NCBI RefSeq assembly: GCF_006345805.1
Contig: NC_043021.1
Location: 2,232,001 to 2,296,000 of the forward strand
Source: Octopus sinensis
Lineage: Eukaryota
Direction of reading: 5' to 3'
Length of the DNA stretch: 64,000 nucleotides
Shown: one piece after another, positions 40,262 through 53,120 of the stretch
Layout: each line of letters begins with the position of its first letter
How positions within the stretch are numbered: position 1 is the stretch's first letter
Notes under the pieces: model-generated
Seen by the model: the letters and a program-made list of their open reading frames with translations, nothing else
The model's database searches: none
What the model was told of the DNA's origin: nothing
Program-made: the position numbers and the translations under genes

Positions 40262-40387
<126 letters not shown>

Positions 40388-40929
40388 TAAGTGACCCAAT
40401 TTCTTTTCTCTTGTCTATGCAGTGCATGTAATTTATGTATCCTACAGGTGCAATACCAAAGTGCTGGGACCCTCGGTTCCAAAACCCTTCAGGACCAACC
40501 CCGATTGTTTCCAAACCGGAAGTGATCACCTCTAAATCAAAAAAAAAAAAAAATCAGGCTCAAATATTCTTGTTTTATGTTCAAACCAGGCCAGATCCAG
40601 CTTCTCACACCTACTCAGCAATGTCATTCTACAAATAAACAATCACACCAATGAAATCTCAAAGCTGCAAGATAATTAATGCACAATTGATTCAAAACTA
40701 TGTGAATGGATAAGCTTTACATTTGGCAGTTAATCTCAGTGCTCAAGGTTTAAATCTTGAGCACTTAAACCAGCCAAATCCAACCCATCAAAATAGAGCC
40801 AGATCCAGCCTCTCACACCTTACCTAGAATATCATGCTACAAGTAAACAATCACATCATTGAAATCTTAAAACTTTGAGACAATGTTTGATTAATTCAAA
40901 ACAATGTCAATAAATACAGTTCTATATTT

Positions 40930-41157
40930 AAGAGATGAGGAATTATGTACATTATTTACATTCGATGGATATTTGTCTCTCATCTTGTTTGTTGTTAACA
41001 CAACATTTCAGCTGTTTTGGGGGAAATTTCGAACCTGGGTTCTCATTCCTAAGGTATTTTTTGATGATATTATCATTATTATTCAGGTCACTACCTTGAA
41101 TCGAACTCGGAATCTTGGGGTTAGTAGCCTGTGCTCTTAACCACTACGCCATATGCC
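40930..41157 (-). mobile_element. tRNA-headed SINE with a Penelope-like tail (copy 1, internal deletion)
   Basis: The minus-strand head ggcatatggcgtagtggttaagagcacaggctactaaccccaagattccgagttcgattc has A and B boxes. The tail is collinear with 41158-41370. Confidence 0.75.
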
Positions 41158-41370
41158 TGATTCCAGGCAGTGACTTAAATAATAATAATAATAATAATAA
41201 TAACAACAACAACAACAATATCGGAAAAATGCCTTAGGAATGAGAACCCAGGTTCAAAATTACCCCAAGACACCTGATGAAGGCTGGAGGGTATATCAGC
41301 TGAAATGTTGTGTTAACAACAAACAAGATGAGGACAAATATCTGTCAACTGTAAATAATGCAAATAATGA
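41158..41370 (+). mobile_element. Same SINE family, copy 2, 5'-truncated at the B box and inverted relative to copy 1
   Basis: Carries cacCTGATGAaggctg-gagggtatat-cagctGAAA. Confidence 0.75.
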
Positions 41371-42939
41371 ATGTGAATAAATATTCATCAGATTTGACAA
41401 AGTAATATGAATACTAAAGGGTTAAAGCATCCATGTCCGGCCCGAGTATTCTACGACTTTTGGTTCAATCTGGCCCCTCACCTGTACCCTAGAATAGAAT
41501 TTCAAAGTTATTATATAATGCACGATGAACGCATGATTAATTCAAAGCATGAACAAACAAGTGTTACCTTTGGCAGAGTAATCTGAGCATTAAAGGGTTC
41601 AAGTGAGAGTGAAGCATAGGCACTGATTGAAAGGGTTTTGAACTTGGGGCCATGCATGCATATGTCCACAGGTTTGGCATCCTCACTAAGGAAGCATAGC
41701 GGCCGTGGCAGACCCCTTTTTTTAAAACTTGTGTGCATAGGGTCATTTGCTCAGCTCCCTAGCAATTTCCCCTCACACCTGAAGAGCGGAGAAAGAGGTT
41801 AGGGGGTAGAATTACAGTAACTGCTGCAAGGCCCTTTTATGGTTTATAAGTCTTAGGCTCAAGGTCTTTTGCCCATTTGTTTGACATCACTACCACCCGT
41901 ACTGTACAGTTTTGTAGTAATTGTATGTGATATAGTGAGTGGTTTTTAAATTGAAAAACCTATTTTTAAAATCTATATCGTCTACTTGGCAACTGGTTGT
42001 CATGGTGATTGGTGACTGAGAATTCCATGTTGTCAGAAGAGGAGCCTGGCATCATGACGTTATTAGCAGGTTTTTGATGCAAACAACTTAATGAATGAAG
42101 CCAACCAAACCAAACAAGACAAAAACCAAAGGAAAAGAAAATAAACAGATTTCTTAATGATAAATGATGAGCTGGCAAGGGGTGGGGGAGGTCTCTGTGG
42201 TGGTCATTCGGTTTGCTAGAAATAGCAGCTAAGTTTCCCTTGAGTCATATTTGTCAACTTTAGCAAGCAAGGATGCAGTGCTTTGTATAGGGCTGGGGAT
42301 GGTAGAGGAATATGGGATCAATCACAACTGATTGATCTGGGTTGATTTGGGGACTGCTCAACATCCACAACAGCTGCAGTAAGGTTTGAACTGTTAAGGG
42401 CCCCTTTTGGCATTGACAGCAACAACAATGGCGATGATGATGATAGTGGCGTCTGAGAATGGTGAGTGAAAGATGAGGTGAAGTATGACACTTCTGGCTC
42501 AAAGGAATGAGGCTGGGGCTGTTGAAATGTTAAAATTACTGAAAAAGCTCTTTGTCTGGGAGTCGGAGAATGTAAAGGACCCTCACTGCAACCCTTGCAA
42601 CAAAACAAACTCTGTTGAAAGGCCAGGAAGTGTTGAGGGATTCTTTGGGGTTTGAATAATTCACCTCTGGAAACATGGGTGTTTCGTTCAACATCCTTAA
42701 ATGATCCTTATTCAGGGAGCTTTTGAGCAGGATGGGCTACTTGACCATAAGAAAATTCTAACTGGGCCCCACCTGCAAGGTCATGCGCTGTTTATCTTGA
42801 TATGAGATCACCATGTCGCGCATGGTTGTGATGCATGTGCCTGATGTACCCTTATCAGACGGGTAGTCATGATGGGTATACTGGGCTTCGTATATTTTAC
42901 CCCAGTGTCACTTTGATGGCATGCACTGCTCTCTCACTC

Positions 42940-42970
<31 letters not shown>

Positions 42971-43729
42971 GTAATAATAATAATAATAATAGTTGTTTAG
43001 CATCTGTTTTCCATGCTGGCATGGGTTAGATGATTTGACTGGATCTGATAAACCAGAGAGCCGCACCAGGCTCCAGTCTCTTTCAGCTTGGTTTCTACAG
43101 CTGGATGTCCATCTTAACACCAACCCCTCTACAGGGTACCAGGTGCTTTGCTTTTTATGTGTCACTAGCATGAGTACAGTTTATGTGCCACCGGTACTGG
43201 CCATGTCGACCTCGGCGGAATTTGAACTCAGAACGTAGTAGCAGACGAAATACCTATTTCTTTACTACCCACAAGGGGCTAAACACAGAGGGGACAAACA
43301 AGGACAGACAAATGGATTAAGTCGATTATATCGACCCCAGTGCATAACAGGTACTTATTTAATCGACCCCGAAAGGATGAAAGGCAAAGTCGTCCTCGGC
43401 GGAATTTGAACTCAGACGAAATACCGCTATGCAATTCGCTCGGCGTGCTAACGTTTCTGCCAACTCGCTGCCTTTAATTACCACTATTGTCATCACCATT
43501 GCCACAATCACAACCAGAATGGCTGCCATTTTGCCACCAACACTATCACCACCACTATGACAACCAATATCACAACCACCACCATTACTACTACTACTAC
43601 TACTACTACTGCTGCTATCATCACATCCATCAGATAACCTGCTTCACCCTTCTATTTTCAACATACTGTGTCTTTGTTCGGATCTGCCTTCTGCCTTGAA
43701 CTATCTCTGATGTCTACATCTCTCACGCA

Positions 43730-43730
43730 C

Positions 43731-43766
<36 letters not shown>

Positions 43767-43859
43767 GTAGTTTGACATACATACATACATACACGATACA
43801 AATATATATGTACACATGCAGGCATACATGCAAATATATATGTGAATATTATATATGTA

Positions 43860-43904
<45 letters not shown>

Positions 43905-44342
43905 CTGTATGTGTGTGTGTGTGTGTCTGTGTGTGTGTGTGTGTCTGTGTGTGTGTGTGTGTCTGTATGTGTGTGTGTCTGTATGTGTGTGTGTCTGTAT
44001 GTGTGTGTCTGTATGTGTGTGTGTATGTATGTGTGTGTGTATATATGTGTGTGTATATATGTGTGTGTGTGTATATATACATATATATATATATATAAAT
44101 ACATACACACACACACACACTTATGCATACACAGTACACAAGCTGGCATGCATGCATGTGTGTGTGTGCATGTGTACACACAAACACATGGCCACTTCCA
44201 AGCACATATCCAAACATGCAAACTTAAGTACATACTTTTACACTTGCGCATGCACGCACATGCTCAGATAGATATACAAGCGCATGTATGTTCGTGCCAA
44301 CCACTTATATACTCGTGCAAATGTATTTATGCAAGCACATAT

Positions 44343-44379
<37 letters not shown>

Positions 44380-44490
44380 ATATATATATATATATCATAT
44401 ATATATATTATATATATATATATATCATATATATATATATATATTATATATATAATATATATATATTATATATATATATATATATATGTA
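43730..44490. repeat. (TC)n/(TG)n/(TA)n microsatellite field
   Basis: Directly visible. Confidence 0.95.
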
Positions 44491-44907
44491 AAGCCCTTAT
44501 ACACATGCTCGTGTTACTGTGATAGGAGGTGGTTGTGGGCGGAGGAGAGAGATGATGACACAGAGCAGGAGAAATGAAGATGGGTGGGGTGGAGGGGGTG
44601 ATTGAAGTGAGGATAGGTGAAGCAGACAAAACCTTTCTTTATATCTTCTATTTAGAACTTACACTGGAGCAGCATTTCCCATCTGACCCTTACTGCTTCT
44701 ATCTATCTATCTGTCTATCTATCTAATGCACAGGCAGTGGGCTATCTGGTTAAGAAGCCTACTTTGTAACCATGTTCTCTCGGGTTCAGCACCACTGTGC
44801 AGTCAGGTACTGGGGCTGGGGGTTGATTGTGTTAACTGACCCCATCCCCTCAATATCATTAGTCTTATACTTAAATCATATGCCATTATTATTATTATTA
44901 TTATTAA

Positions 44908-45588
44908 TTATGGCGGCGAGTTGGCAGAATCGTTAGCACGCTTGGCGAAATGCTCAGCAGTTTTTCGTCTGCCGTTACGTTCTGAGTTCAAATTTCTCCG
45001 AGGTCAACTTTGCTTTTCATCCTTTCGTGGTCGATAAATTAAGTACCAGTTATGTACTGGGGTCGATATAATCGACTTAATCTGTTTGTCTGTCCTTGTT
45101 TGTCCTCTCTGTGTTTAGCCCCTTGTGGTAATAAAGAAATAGGTATTTTGTCTGTCTTTATGTTCCTAGTTCAAATTCCACCAAGGTTGACTTTGCCTTT
45201 CATCCTTTCAGGGTCGATAAATTATGTACCTGTTGTGTACTGGGGGTCAATCTAATTGACTGCCCCCACCACCCCAAATTTCGGGCCTTGTTATTATTGC
45301 ATGCAGGGCAAAATGCTTAGCAGTCTTTACGTTCTGAGTTCAAATTCCATTGAGGTTGACTTTGCCTTTCATCTTTTTGGGGTCAATAAAATAAGTAAAA
45401 CTACTGGGGCTGATGTAATCGACTTCCTTTCCCCTTGGAATTGTCGGCCTTGTATTATTATTAAGGCAACAAACTGACAGAATCACTTGCATGGAACCAT
45501 GGGCAAGTGTCTTCTACTATAGCCCTGGGCCAACCAAAGCCTTGTGAATGGATTTGGTACACGGAAACTGAAAGAAGCTCGTCATATA

Positions 45589-45628
<40 letters not shown>

Positions 45629-47070
45629 TCCCCCCTACCACCATTGCTTGACAACCGATGTTGGTGTGTTTACGTCCCCGTAACTTAGCAGTTCAGCAAA
45701 AGAGACCTATAGAATAAGTACCAGGCTTAGAAAGAATAAGTCTTGGGGCCGGTTTGTTCAACTAAAGGTGGTGCTCCAGCATGGCCACAGCCAAATGACT
45801 GAAACTAATAAAAGAATGCCAGGCAAAATGCTTAGCATTTCCTGCGTCTTTACGTTCTGAGTTCAAATTCTGCTGCGGTCGACTTTGCATTTCATCCCTT
45901 CAAGGCCGATAAAATAGGTACCAGTTGAGCACTAGGGGTCAACTATCCCCTTCCCCAAAAAATTTCAAGCCTTGTGCCTATAGCTGAAAGGATTATTACC
46001 CCCGCCTTAGTGAAGGCAGAAGTATTGTTTTCAGTCGCATTTGTTTGTTTGTCCATGAACAAAATATCTCAAGAACCACAGGATGGATTCAGATGAAACT
46101 TTCAGGGATGTTTGGCCTCATGACTGGCACAAACTGATTAGATTTGGCAATTGATCCAGTACCAGACAACGATTCTGGATTATTTTTCCTGTTTTTTTGT
46201 TTTTTTTTACTTAATGATTGAAAGCGGTTGGGTTCATTTTTAGTATTCTCATTTGTGAGAGCAGTCGAGTTTATTTCAGATATTCTCATTTTAAGAATCT
46301 TTTCTCACTAATTTGTTGAGAGGAAGTTGGAGTTGCCTTGGCGGAGGTTTGCGTCCTCTGAGTGCTCTTATTATTATCATTAAGATGGCCAACTGGCAGA
46401 ATTGTTACAATGGTGGGCAAAATGCTTAGCGGTAATTTCATCAGTCGTTACATTCTTATTTCTTTATTGCCCACCAGGGGCTAAACATAGAGGGGACAAA
46501 CAAGGACAGACAAATGGATTAAGTCGATTACATCGACCCAGTGCGTAACTGGTACTTTATTTATCGACCCCGAAAGGATGAAAAGCAAAGTCGACCTTGG
46601 CGGAATTTGAACTCAGAACGTAAAGACAGATGAAAACTGCTGAGCATTTCGCCCGGTGTGCTTACGTTTCTGCCAAGGTTGACTCAGCCTTTCATCCTTT
46701 CAGAGTCGATAAATTAAGTACCAGTGAAACATTGGGGTTTGATGTAATCAACTTGTCCCCTCCCTACAAAACTTTAGGCTTTGCCCTTTTTAGGGGAAAG
46801 AATTGTTATTATTATTATTGCCTTTCATCCTTTTAGGATCGATAAATTAAGTACCAGTGAAATACTGGGGTGTCGATGTAACTGACTGGTTCTCTCCCCA
46901 GATTTCAGGCCTTAGTAGAATGGATGATGATGATTATTATTATGAAGGTGGCAAGCTGGCAGAAACGTTAGCACGCCGGGCAGAATGCCTAGCGGTATTT
47001 CATCTGTCGCTACATTTCTGAGTTCAAATTCTACCGAGGGCGTCTTTGCCTCTCATCCTTTCGGGGGGGT
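44908..47070. mobile_element. Cluster of ~9 SINE family B copies or fragments with an interleaved SINE A and a HINE
   Basis: The family B core recurs, mostly on + with one minus copy at ~46456-46680. Confidence 0.82.
45993..46371 (+). mobile_element. Helentron-associated non-autonomous element (HINE / DINE-1-like)
   Basis: It starts TTATTACCCCCGCC with a 5' stem-loop (ccgcct-tagtg-aaggc) and a short (TTTG)n tract. The 3' subterminal inverted repeat GGCGGAGGT (46340-46348) is followed by a small 3' hairpin and TT. This is the HINE architecture. Confidence 0.72.
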
Positions 47071-47147
47071 CAATGCTCTAAATATTCTAAATAATCTCCA
47101 TTTCCTAAAAAAAATTGCTAGCCATGTACCAAAAATGTGACGTCATT

Positions 47148-47368
47148 TAAGGCGGCGAGTTGGCAGAAACGTTAGCACGCCGGGCGAAATGCTTAGCGGT
47201 ACTTCGTCTGCCGCTACATTCTGAGTTCAAATTCCGCCGAGGTCGACTTTGCCTTTCGTCCTTTCGGGGTCGATTAAATAAGTACCAGTTACGCACTGGG
47301 GTCGATGTAATCAACTTAATCTGTTTGTCCCCTTTGTGTGTAGCCCCTTGTTGGTAGTAAAGAAATAG
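47148..47368 (+). mobile_element. SINE family B (aaggcggcgagctggcagaa... head with gagttcaaattc B-box), full-length young copy
   Basis: About 25 copies occur, e.g. 7570-7790, 10950-11100, 30660-31060, 39940-40120, 43200-43475, 51930-52290, 54770-54970, 55530-55700, 58725-58940 and 61400-61590. The central gcctttcatcctttcggggtcgataaattaagtaccag resembles the Meta/MESC SINE core (recalled, not aligned). Confidence 0.88.
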
Positions 47369-48024
47369 AATTACTATTATTATTGTTATTATCATTATTA
47401 TTATTATTATCATTATTATTATTATGACTATCATTTTCTTTCTGTATTTTTTTTTTTTTTTATGGTGTGTGTTCTTGAAATGTTATACTTTTATCATGTT
47501 AGTCCAAGTTAAGTAATGTGGTCGCATAAGTGCTTTGATGCCAGTCCCTTGCCCCCATCCACCCTCAACGTGCTCTTGGAAAGTAGTGTGTGTGTGTGTG
47601 TGTAATTTTGTATGTGCATGCACACTTGCCATTTATTAGTGATGATGATGATGATGATAATAATAATAATGGTGATGGCTGGCTATCATATGTCAGTGAA
47701 AATTGTCCAATGATATTTACACCAGAGAAATCTAGTCTCATTATGTTGCAAAGTGACATTAACGAAGAAACTCACTAAAACCACAACCATACTTTGGAAA
47801 CTATGCCACGGGGTCAGATTACTTTGGGATGGGGTGATGTGGTAATTAACATGGCCAACGATGATGATGCTGATGAGGAAGATAAATGGTGCTATGACTG
47901 GTGGTGGAGGAGGAGGTAGGAACCTCCTCGGATTTTATTTTAATTTTTAGGTTGAGCATTTTTTCTTTCTCCCCTATACACACACACACGCACACACACA
48001 TGCACAGATACACACACACACATA

Positions 48025-49106
48025 CATATATAGACAGAAATATGGTCTCTGTGTATGCATACATGTGTGTGCATATATATATGTGTATATACTCTTTTAC
48101 TCTTTTACTTGTTTCAGTCATTTGACTGCGGCCATGCTGGAGCACCGCCTTTAGTCGAGCAAATCAACCCCGGGACTTATTCTTTGTAAGCCCAGTACTT
48201 ATTCTATCGGTCTTTTGCCGAACCGCTAATTGACGGGGACGTAAACACACCAGCATCGGTTGTCAAGCAATGCTAGGGGGACAAACACAGGCACACAAAC
48301 ATATACACACACACTTATATATATATATACATATATACGACAGGCTTCTTTCAGTTTTCGTCTACCAAATCCACTCACAAGGCATTGGTCGGCCCGGGGC
48401 TATAGCAGAAGACACTTGCCCAAGATGCCACGCAGTGGGACTGAACCCGGAACCATGTGGTTCGTTAGCAAGCTACTTACCACACAGCCACTCATATATA
48501 TATATATATATATGTGTGAATGTGCATGTATGTCCTGTGTTTGAGTTTAAACTTCATTTGTAGTGAGGCTGCAGTTGTGAGAGTTCCAGGCTTTTGAGGA
48601 GTGTGGAACCCCACTCTTAGCCACTGTTCTTCCCAGATCATATATAGACAGAAATATGGTCTCTGTGTATGCATACATGTGTGTGCATATATATGTGTGT
48701 ATATACTCTTTTACTCTTTTACTTGTTTCAGTCATTTGACTGCGGCCATGCTGGAACACCGCCTTTAGTCGAGCAAATCAACCCGGGACTTATTCTTTGT
48801 AAGCCCAGTACTTATTCTATCGGTCTTTTGCCGAACCGCTAATTGACGGGGACGTAAACACACCAGCATCGTTGTCAAGCAATGCTAGGGGGACAAACAC
48901 AGGCACACAAACATATACACACACACTTATATATATAATATACATATATACGACAGGCTTCTTTCAGTTTTCGTCTACCAAATCCACTCACAAGGCATTG
49001 GTCGGCCGGGGGGGCTATAGCAGAAGACACTTGCCCAAGATGCCACGCAGTGGGACTGAACCCGGAACCATGTGGTTCGTAGCAAGCTACTTACCACCAG
49101 CCACTC

Positions 49107-49137
<31 letters not shown>

Positions 49138-49257
49138 AATGTGCATGTATGTCCTGTGTTTGAGTTTAAACTTCATTTGTAGTGAGGCTGCAGTTGTGAG
49201 AGTTCCAGGCTTTTGAGGAGTGTGGAACCCCACTCTTAGCCACTGTTCTTCCCAGAT
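48025..49257. repeat. Direct tandem duplication of ~615 bp (48025-48638 / 48639-49257)
   Basis: The two copies are near-identical, each containing a SINE A plus flanking sequence. Confidence 0.93.
48091..48493 (-). mobile_element. SINE family A, full-length young copy
   Basis: CpGs are retained. It is duplicated in tandem at ~48705-49105. Confidence 0.9.
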
Positions 49258-49532
49258 CTACTCTGACCCTTAGTAGTAGCACCTGTTAGGGTCCTAGCTA
49301 AGGGTTAATTAGTATGTGACTGACTGGGAGCGAAAGGCCCTTAGTTGTAGCTAGAACTTCCTTCTAAGAGAAGGAAAGAAAACCTGAAATGTAGTTGGTT
49401 TCTGGTTGTCTCTGCTTCTCTTGTGCCGTTGGTTTTATTGCACTATGAAGTGGGTTCAATTCTGTGCAGCACTTTACCTACACAAATCCATGCTCAGGAA
49501 CTTCTAGGACTTCTTTAGAAAATATTTGTGCA

Positions 49533-51300
49533 TCAAGGCATTTCGGATGCTGCTAAATTGAGAGGGGGTTTAAAAGTTGAGTGTGCTGTCCTGCCACCGG
49601 GTAACAAAGTAGCTGCAATGCCAGAGGAGGCTACAGCTACTGCAATGTCCTGATGCTGCCTAACTTCTGCAAGGAGAAGCTTTGTAATAAATGTTTTTCC
49701 TGTCCCTCCAGGAGCATCGAGGAAGAAGAGTCGTCCCTCGCGTTGGCGTACACTGTTAAGAATAGTTCTGTAGGCCTGCAGCTGGTCCGGAAGTAGTTTA
49801 GGCTCATTTTCAACAATGTACTTTGAAAGCGCTTGAGTGTCGTAGGTTGTTTCACGAATGACAGCAGTGGGAAGGCTATTTGACCCTGACCTGAATGCTT
49901 GTGGCAGGCCATACGTTGACAATTCATTTCCACCCAGTTTAGCAATTCTGTCTTCAATGTCAATGAGTGTTTTGTTACAGATTTCATTGCTGATACCCTC
50001 CATGTCAGGACAGAGCAGTTGAGCTTGGCGCTGAAAGTCTTCAGCCAGGTTGTCTCTATATTTGAGCCATAGAGTGGCCGGATCACACAGTTCGCATGCC
50101 TGTAGTAATGCTGCAAATAGTGCCCTGAGACTTTTAGGTGATTGTGATAAAGCAGCCTCTCCTAAAGTTGCATCCCATTGTGCACCATCTTCTAACAGAC
50201 CTTGTCGATAGCAGGCTTCTCTGTATGTTGTGCAGACATGTCCATGAGCGGTTTTTAGGGCCTGGAAAGACGTTAGCCTTCTGACCTCATGCAGTAGTAG
50301 ACGAAGGTAGAAGCACTCTTGTTGAGTGGGCTGCACTGTGTATACTCGCCCAAGGCAAGTGTGAAACTTAATGCCAGGGTATCCATGAACATTTTGACCT
50401 GCTTTCCGTGGGGCACATATTTTTCCATTCCAAGTGTAGTACGATGGAATCTGTGGATACAGCAAGGTTTGAGTGAATGGATCCACTTGACAAAGCTTGA
50501 AGAATGCAGTGAGTGTGCTATCCCTTGGTTCCTCTGCCAACAGAGAAGCATTAGCATCGGTGAAGTACACTCTTTGACCATTTTCCGGGTGCACTGCAAG
50601 CTGTTGAATGGCGGGGTGTCGTTGGTGATTTGGAAAGCCAAAGATGCGCCAGAAAGCCTCGTTGCTACTTATGTACCGTCCCACATGATAATGCGTCACC
50701 TCATCCTGGCAGTATTCTTGTTGAAGTCCAAACATTGCAGCGTCAGAACCCTTGTTTACATAATTGCAAACGTACTTGATGGATTTAACAGAGTTGCAAA
50801 ACTCAACGTTGATGTGGGCATTGAAAGTCTTTGACAGGAGTGGGCAGTATGGAACAATCCATCTATTATCAATATTGTGCTGTCCGATAGTTGCTGTGAA
50901 ACCTCCGTCTTCTGGTTTTCTGCGTCTGTATGATGGATACCCATCAGCTCCTGTCTGAGTTTCTTGTAGGAACCTCCTTGGAAATCTTTTTGAACATATG
51001 CTGTCCTTCAAGCATGGTGAGTTTATGTTGAATCCACGCCCACATGGACCATGTACCATGTTTGCTTTAACTATTTCGTATAGTTCTTTGTCTAAAGCTG
51101 GATCAGGAAGCTCTGCAGAGATTATCTTGTCGATGTCATTGGAATTGATCTTCACTGAGAGCCAAAGCAGGATATGAGCATGTGGAAGGCCCCTTTTTTG
51201 CCACTCGATTGTGTACATGTCACATTGTATGGGCCCAAAGACTTGCCCTTTTTGTATGAGCTCCATGAGAGAGATTAACTTCAGATGGAAAACTCGGGTG
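49533..51300 (-). mobile_element. Helitron RepHel fragment (HUH Rep domain plus start of the PIF1-like SF1 helicase), truncated at both ends
   Basis: The ORF 49533..51671 from residue ~124 contains TRVFHLK, the HUH motif EWQKRGLPHAHILLW (51172-51207), MVHGPCG, DNRWIVPYCP, HINVEFC, the Tyr motif KYVCNYVNKG, GRYISSNEA and FYLRLLL, then Walker A LDAPGGTGKT (~49692-49718) and VASSGIAATLLPGGRTAHSTFK. Confidence 0.95.
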
Positions 51301-52398
51301 TTGAGATTCCGGTTCGAATGTAAGGTTTGAAAGTGTTCCCAACAGTTATTAGTTGTTGTGGTAGAGTGTTTATGCCGAATATGTACGTATGCATGTATAT
51401 ATATATATATATGTATGCCTGTATATATGTGCAAAATCCACTGAGAAGGCTTTTGTTGGTCTGAGGCTACAGCAGAAGACACATGCCAAGTCACCACACA
51501 GTGGGACTGAACCCAGGACCATGTGTTTGGAATGTAGTTTGTTACCACACAGCCACACCTGCCCCTATGTATGTGTGTGTGTGTGTGTGTGTGTGCGTAT
51601 GTGTGTATGGGTAGATATATTATGCATGTATATATGTGTATATATATATATGTACATATTAACATGTACATCTATATATATACATCTACACATAAAATAC
51701 AAGATAAAAAGTTATATCGCTAGTGATAACAATACTCAAAATATATAACAGACTGGAATTGTAGGCCCGTCTCTTGCAATTTCGATCAATTGGATCTTCT
51801 CCTCCCTCTTGTATAGAAGTGTACGGCTGCAGTGAAATTCATTTTTGGACTTTCTTCTATCGAAGGCATTTTAACAAAAATGCTTCCGTAAAGATGGTGA
51901 AAATATTGTCAACTTCCCCAAACAGGGACACAATTCAATTCTGCCAAGGTCAACTTTTGCCTTTCATCCTTTCAGGGTCGATAAATTAGGTACCAGTTGC
52001 GTACTGGGGGTCGACCTGACTGTCCCCCTCCCCCCAAAATTTCAGGCCTTGGGCTTAGAGTAGAAAAGAATATAAGGCAGCTAGCTGGCGGAAATGTTAT
52101 CACGTCGGACGAAATGCTTAGCAGCATTTCGTCTGTCTTTACGTTCTGAGTTCAAATTCTGCAAAGGTCAACTTTGCTTTTCATCCTCTCGGGGTCAATA
52201 AATTAAGTACTAGTTGCGTACTGGGGTAGATCTTATCAACTAGCCCTCTCCCCCAAAATTTTGGGCCTTGTGCCTAGAGTAGAAAAGAACATATTAAAAT
52301 GTGCAAAGTTATATGCAGAAATATGAAATACTTGCACACTTCCACTGCACGCGTACATGTTATATACATACATGTGTGTGTGTGTTTGTATGTTTATT

Positions 52399-52455
<57 letters not shown>

Positions 52456-53120
52456 GCATGTATATACACCATTCATGCATGTACATACACATATATACAC
52501 ATGTCTAGGTTTAAACACAAGTGCATATGCAGACACACACACTGGCACATGTAGACTTCTCGTGCGCACACACACACACACACATGCAGAAATTAACATG
52601 CAGGCATGCACACACACGCTGACTCTCATGCACACACACAGGTACGCATACACACACTCCTCTTGAGGAATTCAGCTTTGATTTCTCCAGCAAATCTTGT
52701 AACTGTTCCTACCATGACCTCCCCACCTTACTGGGCCTGCCTGCTTCCCATCCTCCACACACACACACACACACACACACACAGTGTGCCCTACTTCTGC
52801 TCCTGACACACTTTTCTTCCTTTCTCTCCTCTTCCACCACCACCACCACCACCCCTGTTACACTGCACACTCCGACCCTTCTTCACCCCCCACCCCCACC
52901 CCACACACCCCCATGTTATTCTATATCGCTTGGAATTTGTGTCAGGGATCCACCCACTTGCTGATTACTTGCTCTATGTAACTGGGGGCCCCTTTTTTTT
53001 TTTTTTTTAATTTCCTTTATTGTTTTGTTTACAACCAATCTGTGCCCTTAACTCTGCCTACAAAGCAGCTGGGCTACGAAGAACAATCCTGGGTGGGTGG
53101 GGAGAGGGGAGAGGGTGCAG

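Noticed and set aside
51301-51671. First ~123 aa of the 712-aa ORF as part of the Helitron protein
   Set aside because: This stretch is (TA/TG)n microsatellite plus a SINE A copy read in frame by chance. Helitron similarity starts only at TRVF (~51300).
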